From a virus (Duplodnaviria > Heunggongvirae > Uroviricota > Caudoviricetes), in the IMG/VR virus record IMGVR_UViG_3300021431_000080, positions 4,460 to 68,459 of that record: a stretch of 64,000 nt of DNA, one strand, 5' to 3'. Of this stretch, positions 38,301 to 45,729 are shown in pieces (position 1 is the stretch's first letter; each line of letters starts with the position of its first letter). Made by a program: the position numbers and the translations under genes. Below the pieces are notes generated by a model, which was not told the origin of the DNA, made no database searches, and saw only the letters and a list, made by a program, of their open reading frames with translations.

Positions 38301-39836
38301 TACCTGTTGGATTTGCCCATATTTGTAGTTATTATATCTCTCGAAGACTATCCCTTCTCCGCCGACATCGGTTATCTTGCAGTTCACACCGACGACGTAC
38401 TTGTCAATCCAGTCCTTCAGGGACATAAGTTTCATCAGGTTCCCTGTGTTGTAGTAGTTGATGTTCTCCTTTGTCATCGGGAATCCCCATTTGTCAACTG
38501 TCCCGTCTACCTCCTCGTTGAGCTTGTACATCATGGAGAGCCAGTTCATTTTCCTCAGATGGATCCTCTCCTCTATCGGCTTTGTGTTTATGGAGTTCAG
38601 TTTGCTGCTCGACTTGAATGTCACGTCGTATGTGACGTATCCGTCGTCTTCGTTAGTCTGGTTTGTAAGATCCTTGTACCACTCCTTGAAGAATATGTCG
38701 TTATACCCGAGAAATTTCATCGCGTTGGTGAGTGCTTTGTATGAACCTGCATATGGGAATATGTCTGAATACGCAAGGAACATCTTCTTCGCGTGCTTGT
38801 TTCTGGATATGTAGTCTGGGTAGTCGTCGTTTATGTCGGAATCCTTGAACGCAGCATCGACTTCGTCGATTGAAGGAAGACCGAAGTTCGTGAAGAATGT
38901 CCTGTACCTTTCATCCTCACCCTCCGTCTCAGCGGTCATGTTTATTGTTCCTATGACCGTGACTTCATGTGTACTGACATCTATTAGGCAGACGTACATC
39001 TTCTGGTCATACACACCTTCAAGTTCTCCCCTGAATCCGATGTCAACTCTGAAACCATTATCTGACACAGGAAGCTTTCCATTCTTGAAATCAACAACAT
39101 GTCTGTCAGACCATACCACAGAGTCGCCGTCTATAGTAAAGAACCTGAAGTCTTTCTGATCCCTACAGTCTATGAAGAAAAACAGGTTGCAGTTGCTCAT
39201 GAATTCCTCTGCTGCAGAGTTTATTGTAGCATTTGTAGACACATCCACTATACCGTGTATCCCGAAGACATTCTCGTATTCATTCTCTGTTTCTGACAGG
39301 ACGAATATGCTCTGTGTCTCGACAAGTTCAGTTGACACTCTGTCGAACACGAGGTTTGCCTCGAATGATGCCATGTCTGATGAAAGATCGGTGTCTGGAT
39401 CTATTCCTATCATTTCAAGGAACAACCTCTTCTGTGAAGCGTCATATTCATTGTACTTCAAATCGACGCATGATTCCATCACACCGATTGTGTTGCCATT
39501 CTCGTCCTTGTAGCCTTTGTTGGATGAATATTGTGTGGTTTTGAAATATGAACTTGGAACCTCTGTGTATATCGGATCGTTGCCCCCTATCTTGACAGAC
39601 ACATTATAGCTTTCGTGCTGCTTGAATCTAGATCCATCCTTCACCCTCATTACCGATGAGTTTTCGTAAGTCCCGTTTGCTCCAGGTATAAGCAGATATG
39701 ATACTCCACCAGAGGAGAAGTCCTCGTTCACGACATCTATCTTTATCGTGCTTGTATAATTGAGCATAAGTTCCGTTCCAGACTTGTCGAAGAAACGGAG
39801 GTTGCTTTGGTTGAATGTGTATGTTGAAACTGCCAT
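35328..39836 (-). CDS. Large baseplate wedge-like virion protein (gp7-like N-terminal region)
   Basis: 1502 aa; IFPYAGSYKAL.NAMKFLGY.DIFFKEWY resembles the baseplate-wedge motif; C-terminal PKD/Ig-like GIYDIDMTIYDKHGN. Confidence 0.55.
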   Translation of the reverse strand: MAVSTYTFNQSNLRFFDKSGTELMLNYTSTIKIDVVNEDFSSGGVSYLLIPGANGTYENSSVMRVKDGSRFKQHESYNVSVKIGGNDPIYTEVPSSYFKTTQYSSNKGYKDENGNTIGVMESCVDLKYNEYDASQKRLFLEMIGIDPDTDLSSDMASFEANLVFDRVSTELVETQSIFVLSETENEYENVFGIHGIVDVSTNATINSAAEEFMSNCNLFFFIDCRDQKDFRFFTIDGDSVVWSDRHVVDFKNGKLPVSDNGFRVDIGFRGELEGVYDQKMYVCLIDVSTHEVTVIGTINMTAETEGEDERYRTFFTNFGLPSIDEVDAAFKDSDINDDYPDYISRNKHAKKMFLAYSDIFPYAGSYKALTNAMKFLGYNDIFFKEWYKDLTNQTNEDDGYVTYDVTFKSSSKLNSINTKPIEERIHLRKMNWLSMMYKLNEEVDGTVDKWGFPMTKENINYYNTGNLMKLMSLKDWIDKYVVGVNCKITDVGGEGIVFERYNNYKYGQIQQVFDYTNEKQLSIKVNRETETIIDGSANISVDINTSNSFETFGDFKGKTFFDFVEGFFDGGVYADNQLKIEYVDYNSVISFGKTFELDNHMDSFELRAKGKFNSFKFNNSEYIDPNYPQLVIDNDRIFFDPKDITKKVKNSVFKTLPIIKIHHGMIRRYDFDYYNEGKVLDYIAINPKGSYTHVQNVYYGEEHTEETDYVVDGEFILIPPSTNEDEAYIYYYMTDPSGDVLNNIRSKKGQYVINTDESSEIQYILFDETTYGLRFTNDTFDGTPTFMIAGYTTPQFTLESGKCFPRQNENNYGEAPEEKCKINEFYVDILSGSLLFPDTENDRMVSVNFSYDGKTRKIDITTFNTESRINTYEYKISNSDTINRFRANDRYDYFIEHYKENAESVVFMNKTKTINVQNTGEYELDVVISDEYNNLFCAKATKTVNVVTPEIDTSIYTYDSSFTSNEKNRGTAINQESVQKITNITGDEDNMCIYEYTQKKKVLKDDGTYFITEESLGNLSNGDKNSKSEFYKNQTSFLYSQLNNLSDRFALVAKYRYIPENKTVFSFIKRSFIYENKGFVSMDYYTDVVNSTHLQPGVTLEDPSSNIRYIDDVLSQFNVVSRPYNPSDPTDNKCNNCIGTLANVNIILYDDAREYPILSYPAVCLPTKEYNKLEKFNLYEYRVIFDDSLSPDDIGYFEHYALQPNISIYMVPAWSLECEPSSSKQVKIKGYIDLKYPFVKSLIPYDNYKLMFIDKEDIPESPYNDSQSWTSNQRRPYGSKKSDNPKGFGQFDFHLTKQQKQETGGTDSLWNPLVYMDCSINITNKLTKKTFVTHSNKEYSEFILKNDIEKTNYQRGEITIDETAVNKELGYYLDSTYSVSFRNFNVRNGIIYWNDSSTGLSSMYSYRKPVITTNGKVMVTPILSQEFTHIGEFDILQSEDCTVSWKIYKQKNNYTHELLFECFNKILTLDLTEKGIYDIDMTIYDKHGNKFTRELIGAITIK

Positions 39837-40087
39837 TAGTTTACTCTTGTGTCTTTTTTGTCAAGCGAGAACATGAACTGGAGCTTCACCTGCTTGGTGG
39901 CTTCTATCAGATATTCTACTATTGGTTCCACCCTTTTCAGGATGGCGTTGTTCACTTTGTTGCGAAATATGACAGGACTTACTGTCTTGGAGAGAATTTT
40001 CCCCTTGTAGTCAAATCCCAAATCGGTATACATGTCCTGGTGTCTGGACGCATACCATCTTGCGCTTTTCTTGTTTGGTACGTACAT
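39836..40087 (-). CDS. Small virion-associated protein
   Basis: 83 aa, TAATG-coupled to the 1502-aa gene, late motif upstream. Confidence 0.6.
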   Translation of the reverse strand: MYVPNKKSARWYASRHQDMYTDLGFDYKGKILSKTVSPVIFRNKVNNAILKRVEPIVEYLIEATKQVKLQFMFSLDKKDTRVN

Positions 40088-40113
40088 ATTTATAACGGCA
40101 AAATACCTTTTCT

Positions 40114-40121
40114 TATTTATC
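40114..40121 (-). promoter_or_regulatory. Class III late motif before the 83-aa/1502-aa genes
   Basis: CTGATAAATA. Confidence 0.6.
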
Positions 40122-40124
40122 AGT

Positions 40125-40162
40125 AAAAATCGTTTTTCGTATTTTTGCGTATAATTTGTAGA
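40125..40162 (+). promoter_or_regulatory. Class II bipartite promoter before the small membrane protein
   Basis: AAAAATCGTTTT-N13-TATAATTTGTAGA. Confidence 0.75.
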
Positions 40163-40180
40163 AACATAACTTTATTGAAA

Positions 40181-40399
40181 ATGACAATGTTCCTTTTAAT
40201 CTACCTGTTGACGGCTGCAATGATAGCCTCTGTTCTGCTGATGACGACAGTAGAAGGGTTTAAGGCGATGGAGAGAAAAAAGGCTGTATCATCAATAATT
40301 CTTATCGTTCTACTTGCCGTGATATGGTTTCCTGTGCTGCTTTATATTACAATTTGGACGGCAGCGAGAAAAATAAAACGGAATAATTTTCAAAATTGA
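40181..40399 (+). CDS. Small two-TM membrane protein
   Basis: ATG at 40181 after a class II promoter; two hydrophobic helices and basic C-tail. Confidence 0.6.
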   Translation: MTMFLLIYLLTAAMIASVLLMTTVEGFKAMERKKAVSSIILIVLLAVIWFPVLLYITIWTAARKIKRNNFQN

Positions 40400-40410
40400 A
40401 AAATATTCAG

Positions 40411-40420
40411 TATCTTTGCA
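40411..40420 (+). promoter_or_regulatory. Class I promoter before the NUDIX-guaC-phosphoesterase operon
   Basis: AAATATTCAG TATCTTTGCA. Confidence 0.8.
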
Positions 40421-40444
40421 CCAGAGATACTAAAAGTTTTTAAA

Positions 40445-40669
40445 ATGAGTTTTTTAAGAGATGCCGCGTTCACCGCGATTGGTTATGGACTCAACAGCTT
40501 GGTCCACAGTAATGAACGGAAGAATTCTTCCAACAAGTACGACAACCTTGAAGAGATGATTCTTGACTATGCACACAAGCATGATGTGTACGGTAGGGAT
40601 CAGGATTTCTACAGGAAGCTGATGAGAATCGCAGAACAATTCAAAGATCCTTACGCGAGCAATGAATGA
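40445..40669 (+). CDS. Small hypothetical early protein
   Basis: 74 aa downstream of the TATCTTTGCA promoter. Confidence 0.65.
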   Translation: MSFLRDAAFTAIGYGLNSLVHSNERKNSSNKYDNLEEMILDYAHKHDVYGRDQDFYRKLMRIAEQFKDPYASNE

Positions 40670-41135
40670 AAATTGTAAGATAGTGGAGGGGAAGAAAGTC
40701 ACTGCAGCTGTTGTAATCATAAACAGTGCTGGCGACATTCTCGGTTGCAAGGTGACCTGGAAAAGTACATATGACTTTCCGAAGGGTTGTGTTGATGATG
40801 GTGAATCTGATATCGACGCAGCATTCCGTGAACTCTATGAGGAAACTGGAATTCGGGCGATGGCTCCTGAAACATATGACAACATCATAGACTGTGGAGT
40901 ATATAATCACAACAGGGAGAAGAACATCCACATTTTCATGTGGAGGACGGAAAGTTTCCCAGATCTTTCTGCGCTAAAGTGTGTCTCCTGTTTCGAAAGG
41001 GACGGCAAGATGATTCCAGAGGTGAATGGGTACAAAATTATATCAAAATCAGAAAGGAACCTGTTCAACAGGATATTGTGGGACAAGTTTCCGTTGATAG
41101 ACAAAACTAACGAAGCTTTTGATGAAAATCGCTAA
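40662..41135 (+). CDS. NUDIX hydrolase
   Basis: Nudix box PKGCVDDGESDIDAAFRELYEETGI. Confidence 0.9.
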   Translation: MNENCKIVEGKKVTAAVVIINSAGDILGCKVTWKSTYDFPKGCVDDGESDIDAAFRELYEETGIRAMAPETYDNIIDCGVYNHNREKNIHIFMWRTESFPDLSALKCVSCFERDGKMIPEVNGYKIISKSERNLFNRILWDKFPLIDKTNEAFDENR

Positions 41136-41733
41136 GTTCATAAGAACAAACCTTTTTATATCAATAGGAATATCTCTGTTGATATCACTTTCATATTACT
41201 TTCTGAAACTGGATCCGAATGATATTTTCGGTTTGGTTTCATCATTTTTTAGTTGTTTTGGTGCATGTGCCATGTTTGTTATTCTGCTCGGTATCGTATT
41301 TCCAGATAAGTTTATCAGGGATTATGTGAAGGAGGTTGATCCAGAGAATTATGTGACAGTGTACTTTTATGAAGGATACAAGAATGATCTATCGAAAGTG
41401 ACAAGGTTCTATGGAAACCCGAACGATCCAGAAAACATGCAGCAAATGTTCTCATTTGTAGATCTCAACGGAAACTACATAACCGACAAATGGTTTTATA
41501 TGACTGGCGAGTTCAAGGATGACAGATGTATTGTGTGCCTTGGCGAGTATGAATTCAACATAATAGACGAGAAAGGAAATCTCATATGTCACAATAGCTA
41601 CAAAGGCATGGCTGATGAGATTGTCGGTGGATATGTGAAGGTCGGTGACGGTGAAGGAGGTATAAATTTCGTTGATGTCCAGACTGGGAATGAAATCTGG
41701 CCTTCGTTCAAAAAAGAAATGTACTACGAGTGA
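41122..41733 (+). CDS. Membrane protein with WG (KWG)-type beta repeats
   Basis: Two N-terminal TM helices; repeats FVDLNGNYI, IIDEKGNLI, FVDVQTGNEI. Confidence 0.65.
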   Translation: MKIAKFIRTNLFISIGISLLISLSYYFLKLDPNDIFGLVSSFFSCFGACAMFVILLGIVFPDKFIRDYVKEVDPENYVTVYFYEGYKNDLSKVTRFYGNPNDPENMQQMFSFVDLNGNYITDKWFYMTGEFKDDRCIVCLGEYEFNIIDEKGNLICHNSYKGMADEIVGGYVKVGDGEGGINFVDVQTGNEIWPSFKKEMYYE

Positions 41734-41996
41734 CAATGATTGGAGACAGGATAAACCTGATGTCAAGAAGGGGGACTATAAACTCTTTCTTGGTCGAGAT
41801 TGAAGATAATGTTTATGAGTGGAATACAAATTGCTTGAGTTTCCATGTTTCATTTAATAATGATGATGTATATATGCTTGATCCTGAAGATGGTCCTGCA
41901 ATTTATGCTGGGTTTGAGTTCAGGAACAAGACAATTGATTGCATAAAAAGGGAGACGAGAGATGGTTCTGAAAAATATATCGTGTATGTGAAATGA
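41730..41996 (+). CDS. Hypothetical protein
   Basis: 88 aa, GTGA and ATGA overlaps with both neighbours. Confidence 0.6.
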   Translation: MTMIGDRINLMSRRGTINSFLVEIEDNVYEWNTNCLSFHVSFNNDDVYMLDPEDGPAIYAGFEFRNKTIDCIKRETRDGSEKYIVYVK

Positions 41997-43168
41997 ATAT
42001 AAAGGGTCAGAAGTATAACTATGATGATGTTTCAATTGTCCCGGATGTTGCCACAACAATAAAGCATAGAAGAGAATGTTCATGTGAGGTAGAGGAAGGA
42101 ATGTGTCCGATATGGGCTGCTCCGATGGACACAGTGATAAGTGAGGATAACTGGAAAGTTTTCTATGATGCTAGTATTAATGTTGTGATTCCTAGAAACG
42201 TAAGCTATGAAAAAAGGATTTCTATGCTTATAGATTTCTCTTCTTTGTCTGCAAATAAATGTTTTGTTGCATTCTCGTTGAATGAGGTGAGAAAGATGTT
42301 CAATACAAAGAATGATGTTACATCTATACTGAACAGTAAGAGCAGATCTACGATGTTCAAAGGATTCAGGATTTGTATAGATGTGGCAAACGGTCACATG
42401 ATGGATCAAATAAACCTGATTTCTTCTATAAAGAAGAAACATGGAGATCTCGTTAAGATAATGGGAGGAAATGTTGCAAATCCAAACACATACAAATTGT
42501 ACAATGACGCTGGATGTGACTATCTTCGAATTGGCATAGGTGGAGGATCTGGCTGCTTAACTAGCTCGAATTCAGGTACTTACTATCCTTTATTCTCTCT
42601 TATGAAAGATACATACTATGTCAAAAAGAGCGTAAATGGAAAATGCAAGATTATCGCCGACGGAGGGATAAAAGGTTTCCGTGATATACAGAAGGCTCTG
42701 ATATACGCTGACTATGTCATGATAGGAAGTTTGTTTAACAAAGCTATCGAGAGTGCAGCTAAGACTACATATGGAAGTTTTTATTGGAATATTCGTGGAA
42801 TGAAAGTGCGCAGACCGTTGAAGTCTCTTCTTTATTACGGTAGGGTTGTCCCTGCTAAGAAATATGACAAAGTTGTTGAGTTGATAAAGAAGAATGAACT
42901 TTCTGTGTGGAAGGAGTTCTATGGCATGAGCACGAAGAAAGCCCAGATGAACATAATCGAAGGAAACGGTGGATATGTTTCTCATGAAAAACTCAAGACA
43001 TCGGAGGGAAAGGTAATGCATCAGAAGGTCGAGTATTCGGTGCAGGGATGGATGAGGAATGAACTCGACTATCTAAGATCCGCTATGAGTTACACGAATT
43101 CGAAAAATCTCGAGGAGTACAAAGAAAGCGCATGGGTTTCAGAAAACCGAATTGCGTACAACAGATAA
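41993..43168 (+). CDS. guaC: GMP reductase (IMPDH/GMPR family, no CBS domains)
   Basis: YDDVSIVP, APMDTV, IDVANGH, GIGGGSGCLT (catalytic Cys), IADGGI, FYGMST, SEGK, LRSAMSY. Confidence 0.8.
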   Translation: MNIKGQKYNYDDVSIVPDVATTIKHRRECSCEVEEGMCPIWAAPMDTVISEDNWKVFYDASINVVIPRNVSYEKRISMLIDFSSLSANKCFVAFSLNEVRKMFNTKNDVTSILNSKSRSTMFKGFRICIDVANGHMMDQINLISSIKKKHGDLVKIMGGNVANPNTYKLYNDAGCDYLRIGIGGGSGCLTSSNSGTYYPLFSLMKDTYYVKKSVNGKCKIIADGGIKGFRDIQKALIYADYVMIGSLFNKAIESAAKTTYGSFYWNIRGMKVRRPLKSLLYYGRVVPAKKYDKVVELIKKNELSVWKEFYGMSTKKAQMNIIEGNGGYVSHEKLKTSEGKVMHQKVEYSVQGWMRNELDYLRSAMSYTNSKNLEEYKESAWVSENRIAYNR

Positions 43169-43186
43169 AACTATTTTACATCATAA

Positions 43187-44395
43187 ATGGAAAATAACAA
43201 AGTGATACCGAGCATTGGAAACAAAATTGTAAACGAAGAGGGAAAAATCTACAACTCAATACGTCAGCTTTCCAGAGACATTCATTGTTGCAGGGAAAGA
43301 ATCCGTGAGGATTTAAACTCAAAAGGTTATTTTATCCACGGTGGGCACACTTACATTCTTGCGGATGTGAATATCGCGACGAGAGTGGTATTTCCTGAAA
43401 ACGATGAAGGTGCAAATGGAATAGAAGTCACCGAGGCTCCAGCCAAAGTCGTCACCGTCGAGAAAGAGCGCGAGGATGAAAAAGAATATCAGGAGTACAA
43501 GAAGATGAAGGAGGAGATCAAGAGCATCAACGATCTTCCAATCACCAACTACAAGTTCAAACTTGCAAAGCACAAAAACGGTTCGAGATACTGTGTTGCC
43601 CTGTTCTCGGATGTCCACCTTGAACAGACAGTTGACAAGGAGAGTGTTCTCGGTGTCAACGAGTATAACATTGAAATTGCCAAGCAGCGCGTGAAGAACT
43701 ACTTCAACAACCTTGTTCTGTGCCTGAAGGACGATCGTGTCGATACGTTGATTTTCGCATGTCTCGGTGATATCATCAACGGATTGATCCACGAGGAGTA
43801 TGTGTCTTCCAACGGACTGATGCCTATGGAGAGCACACACCTTGCCCAAAGCCTCATTTACAGCGGACTGAAGTTCATCCTTGACAATACCGACATAAAG
43901 AAGCTTCTCTTTGTTGGTGTGGTAGGAAACCATTCGAGAACCACAAAGAAGATTTGGACAAGCGGAGCGTACAGGATGAGCTATGAATATCTGATGTACC
44001 TTAACATTAAGGGTATGTGTGAGATGCAGGGACTTCCAATAGAGTTCAATATACCGAATGCCGACAAAGCCATCATCGACATGGAAGATGGAAACAGATT
44101 CCTGTTCGAGCATGGCGACGCTGTGAGAAGCACAGGTCAGGGAATCTGTGGAATATATCCAGCCCTCGGTCGTTATCGTCTAAAAGTGAAGGAAACAATC
44201 CACCAGTCGAAACTCTATATCGGGCACTATCACCAGTGTGTGCAGATGGACGGCGTGACTGTGAATGGAAGCATTGTCGGGCAGGACAACTATGCTCTGA
44301 GAAACGGATTCGCCCCGGAGCGTCCTGCACAGATGTATGAGGTCTACGACAGCAGTATGGGATTGTTGAACACACGTAAAATCTACTGTGACTAA
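43187..44395 (+). CDS. Calcineurin-like metallophosphoesterase with N-terminal NUMOD1-like HTH
   Basis: SDVH, LGDIING, GNHSR, HGD, GHYH motifs; N-term IYNSIRQLSRDI. Confidence 0.75.
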   Translation: MENNKVIPSIGNKIVNEEGKIYNSIRQLSRDIHCCRERIREDLNSKGYFIHGGHTYILADVNIATRVVFPENDEGANGIEVTEAPAKVVTVEKEREDEKEYQEYKKMKEEIKSINDLPITNYKFKLAKHKNGSRYCVALFSDVHLEQTVDKESVLGVNEYNIEIAKQRVKNYFNNLVLCLKDDRVDTLIFACLGDIINGLIHEEYVSSNGLMPMESTHLAQSLIYSGLKFILDNTDIKKLLFVGVVGNHSRTTKKIWTSGAYRMSYEYLMYLNIKGMCEMQGLPIEFNIPNADKAIIDMEDGNRFLFEHGDAVRSTGQGICGIYPALGRYRLKVKETIHQSKLYIGHYHQCVQMDGVTVNGSIVGQDNYALRNGFAPERPAQMYEVYDSSMGLLNTRKIYCD

Positions 44396-44396
44396 G

Positions 44397-45128
44397 ATGA
44401 GAATAGCGTTCATGTCAGACTTGCATGGATATCTTCCAGAGATTGAATGGGAGGTGGATGTCGTCGCCATATGCGGCGACATCTTCCCTCTTGAGATACA
44501 GAGTGACAAGGTCAAGTGTATAGTCTGGTTTACAAGGAAGTTTGTTCCGTGGGCTGAAAAACTTAATTGTCAAAAAGTTATATTTATTGGAGGTAATCAC
44601 GATTTTGTCTTCCAGAATATAGTTAGAGATTATTTAAGGAACACTACATTTTCAGATGATCATGATTATATTGAAAGGATTTCTGCTGAATTGATAAAGG
44701 ATAAACTGATGCTTCCGAAGAAACTTGTCTATCTTCAGGACACAGAGTATTCATTCAACCGCGTCAAGTTTTACGGGACACCGTGGATTCCTGATCTTCA
44801 GAACTGGGCTTTCTACAAGTCACATGAGGATCTGGAGAAGGTTTTCTATAACATTCCAGACGACTGTGATGTACTTATAAGTCATGCTCCAGGAACCGAA
44901 TGTGATATGGGAACTTCATTGTGGATACCTGGTATGCCGATGTATGGTTGCCAAGAACTAAATGACAGGGTTGTCAAGACCAATATCAAGTTCTGGGCTG
45001 CTGGCCATGTTCATACTGGGAATCATAAAATCAATGTCCTCAGCAACGGCGTGACGAGGTTTGCAAACGTAAGCTTGAAGGACGAGAACTATAAAGTTAA
45101 TTTTGAATCTTTGATTGTTGAGTTATGA
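44397..45128 (+). CDS. Metallophosphoesterase (Icc/calcineurin-like)
   Basis: SDLHG, CGDI, GGNHD, ISHAPG, GHVH. Confidence 0.9.
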   Translation: MRIAFMSDLHGYLPEIEWEVDVVAICGDIFPLEIQSDKVKCIVWFTRKFVPWAEKLNCQKVIFIGGNHDFVFQNIVRDYLRNTTFSDDHDYIERISAELIKDKLMLPKKLVYLQDTEYSFNRVKFYGTPWIPDLQNWAFYKSHEDLEKVFYNIPDDCDVLISHAPGTECDMGTSLWIPGMPMYGCQELNDRVVKTNIKFWAAGHVHTGNHKINVLSNGVTRFANVSLKDENYKVNFESLIVEL

Positions 45129-45481
45129 CTATAAACATCAATTACGGTAAATACACTTTGTTCGACATCGAATGGTGGATAACTGAGAATGAAATACACA
45201 GAGACAGGTGGCATTCTGAACTTGATTGTGTTGTCTGTGTGAAAGGACTGTGTATGTTCCTCAAAGACAATATTGGAAAGGAAGGCTTCGATCTTGACGA
45301 ATTCATAAAAAATTCGTATGAGATACAGGAACTCAGAGGTTGGCTATGGGAGAGGCATTCCAACACGAATATTCCATTAGATGAATGTTCAAAGAGACAT
45401 TATCATACATTTCAGCCAGAGTTGTATAAGATAATAGACAGTTACTGTGAAAAATATGGTTTTTACAAAAATATCGACTGA
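45125..45481 (+). CDS. Hypothetical protein
   Basis: 118 aa, ATGA-coupled. Confidence 0.6.
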   Translation: MTININYGKYTLFDIEWWITENEIHRDRWHSELDCVVCVKGLCMFLKDNIGKEGFDLDEFIKNSYEIQELRGWLWERHSNTNIPLDECSKRHYHTFQPELYKIIDSYCEKYGFYKNID

Positions 45482-45717
45482 TGAACACAAAAGTTGAATT
45501 TGAATGGAGAACAGAGGATCCTGCAGAATGGAACGAACCGATTCTTGCTTGTACGGAAAAAGGAAAACTAATTGTGTTCAAGGATACATTAAGTTTCTAT
45601 GGAGGAGATCCTTCAAATAACCCACATAGCAATTTTTCTTGGCTGAAGGACAAGTACAATTTAAAATGTTGGGTATATTGTAGGGAACTCATTAAACAAG
45701 AAAGCCGCTTGTATTAA
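45481..45717 (+). CDS. Hypothetical protein
   Basis: 78 aa, TGATG-coupled, followed by a terminator. Confidence 0.6.
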   Translation: MNTKVEFEWRTEDPAEWNEPILACTEKGKLIVFKDTLSFYGGDPSNNPHSNFSWLKDKYNLKCWVYCRELIKQESRLY

Positions 45718-45725
45718 GCGGCTTT
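45701..45725. terminator. Bidirectional intrinsic terminator
   Basis: AAAGCCGCTT GTATT AAGCGGCTTT at the convergent junction. Confidence 0.75.
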
Positions 45726-45729
45726 TCTG

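Noticed and set aside
43319-44113. Long antisense ORFs (e.g. 43319-44113, 52953-53720, 60790-61491, 6368-6988, 30565-31170, 25706-26287)
   Set aside because: They lie opposite well-supported genes, have no recognisable motifs, and are expected shadows of codon bias.
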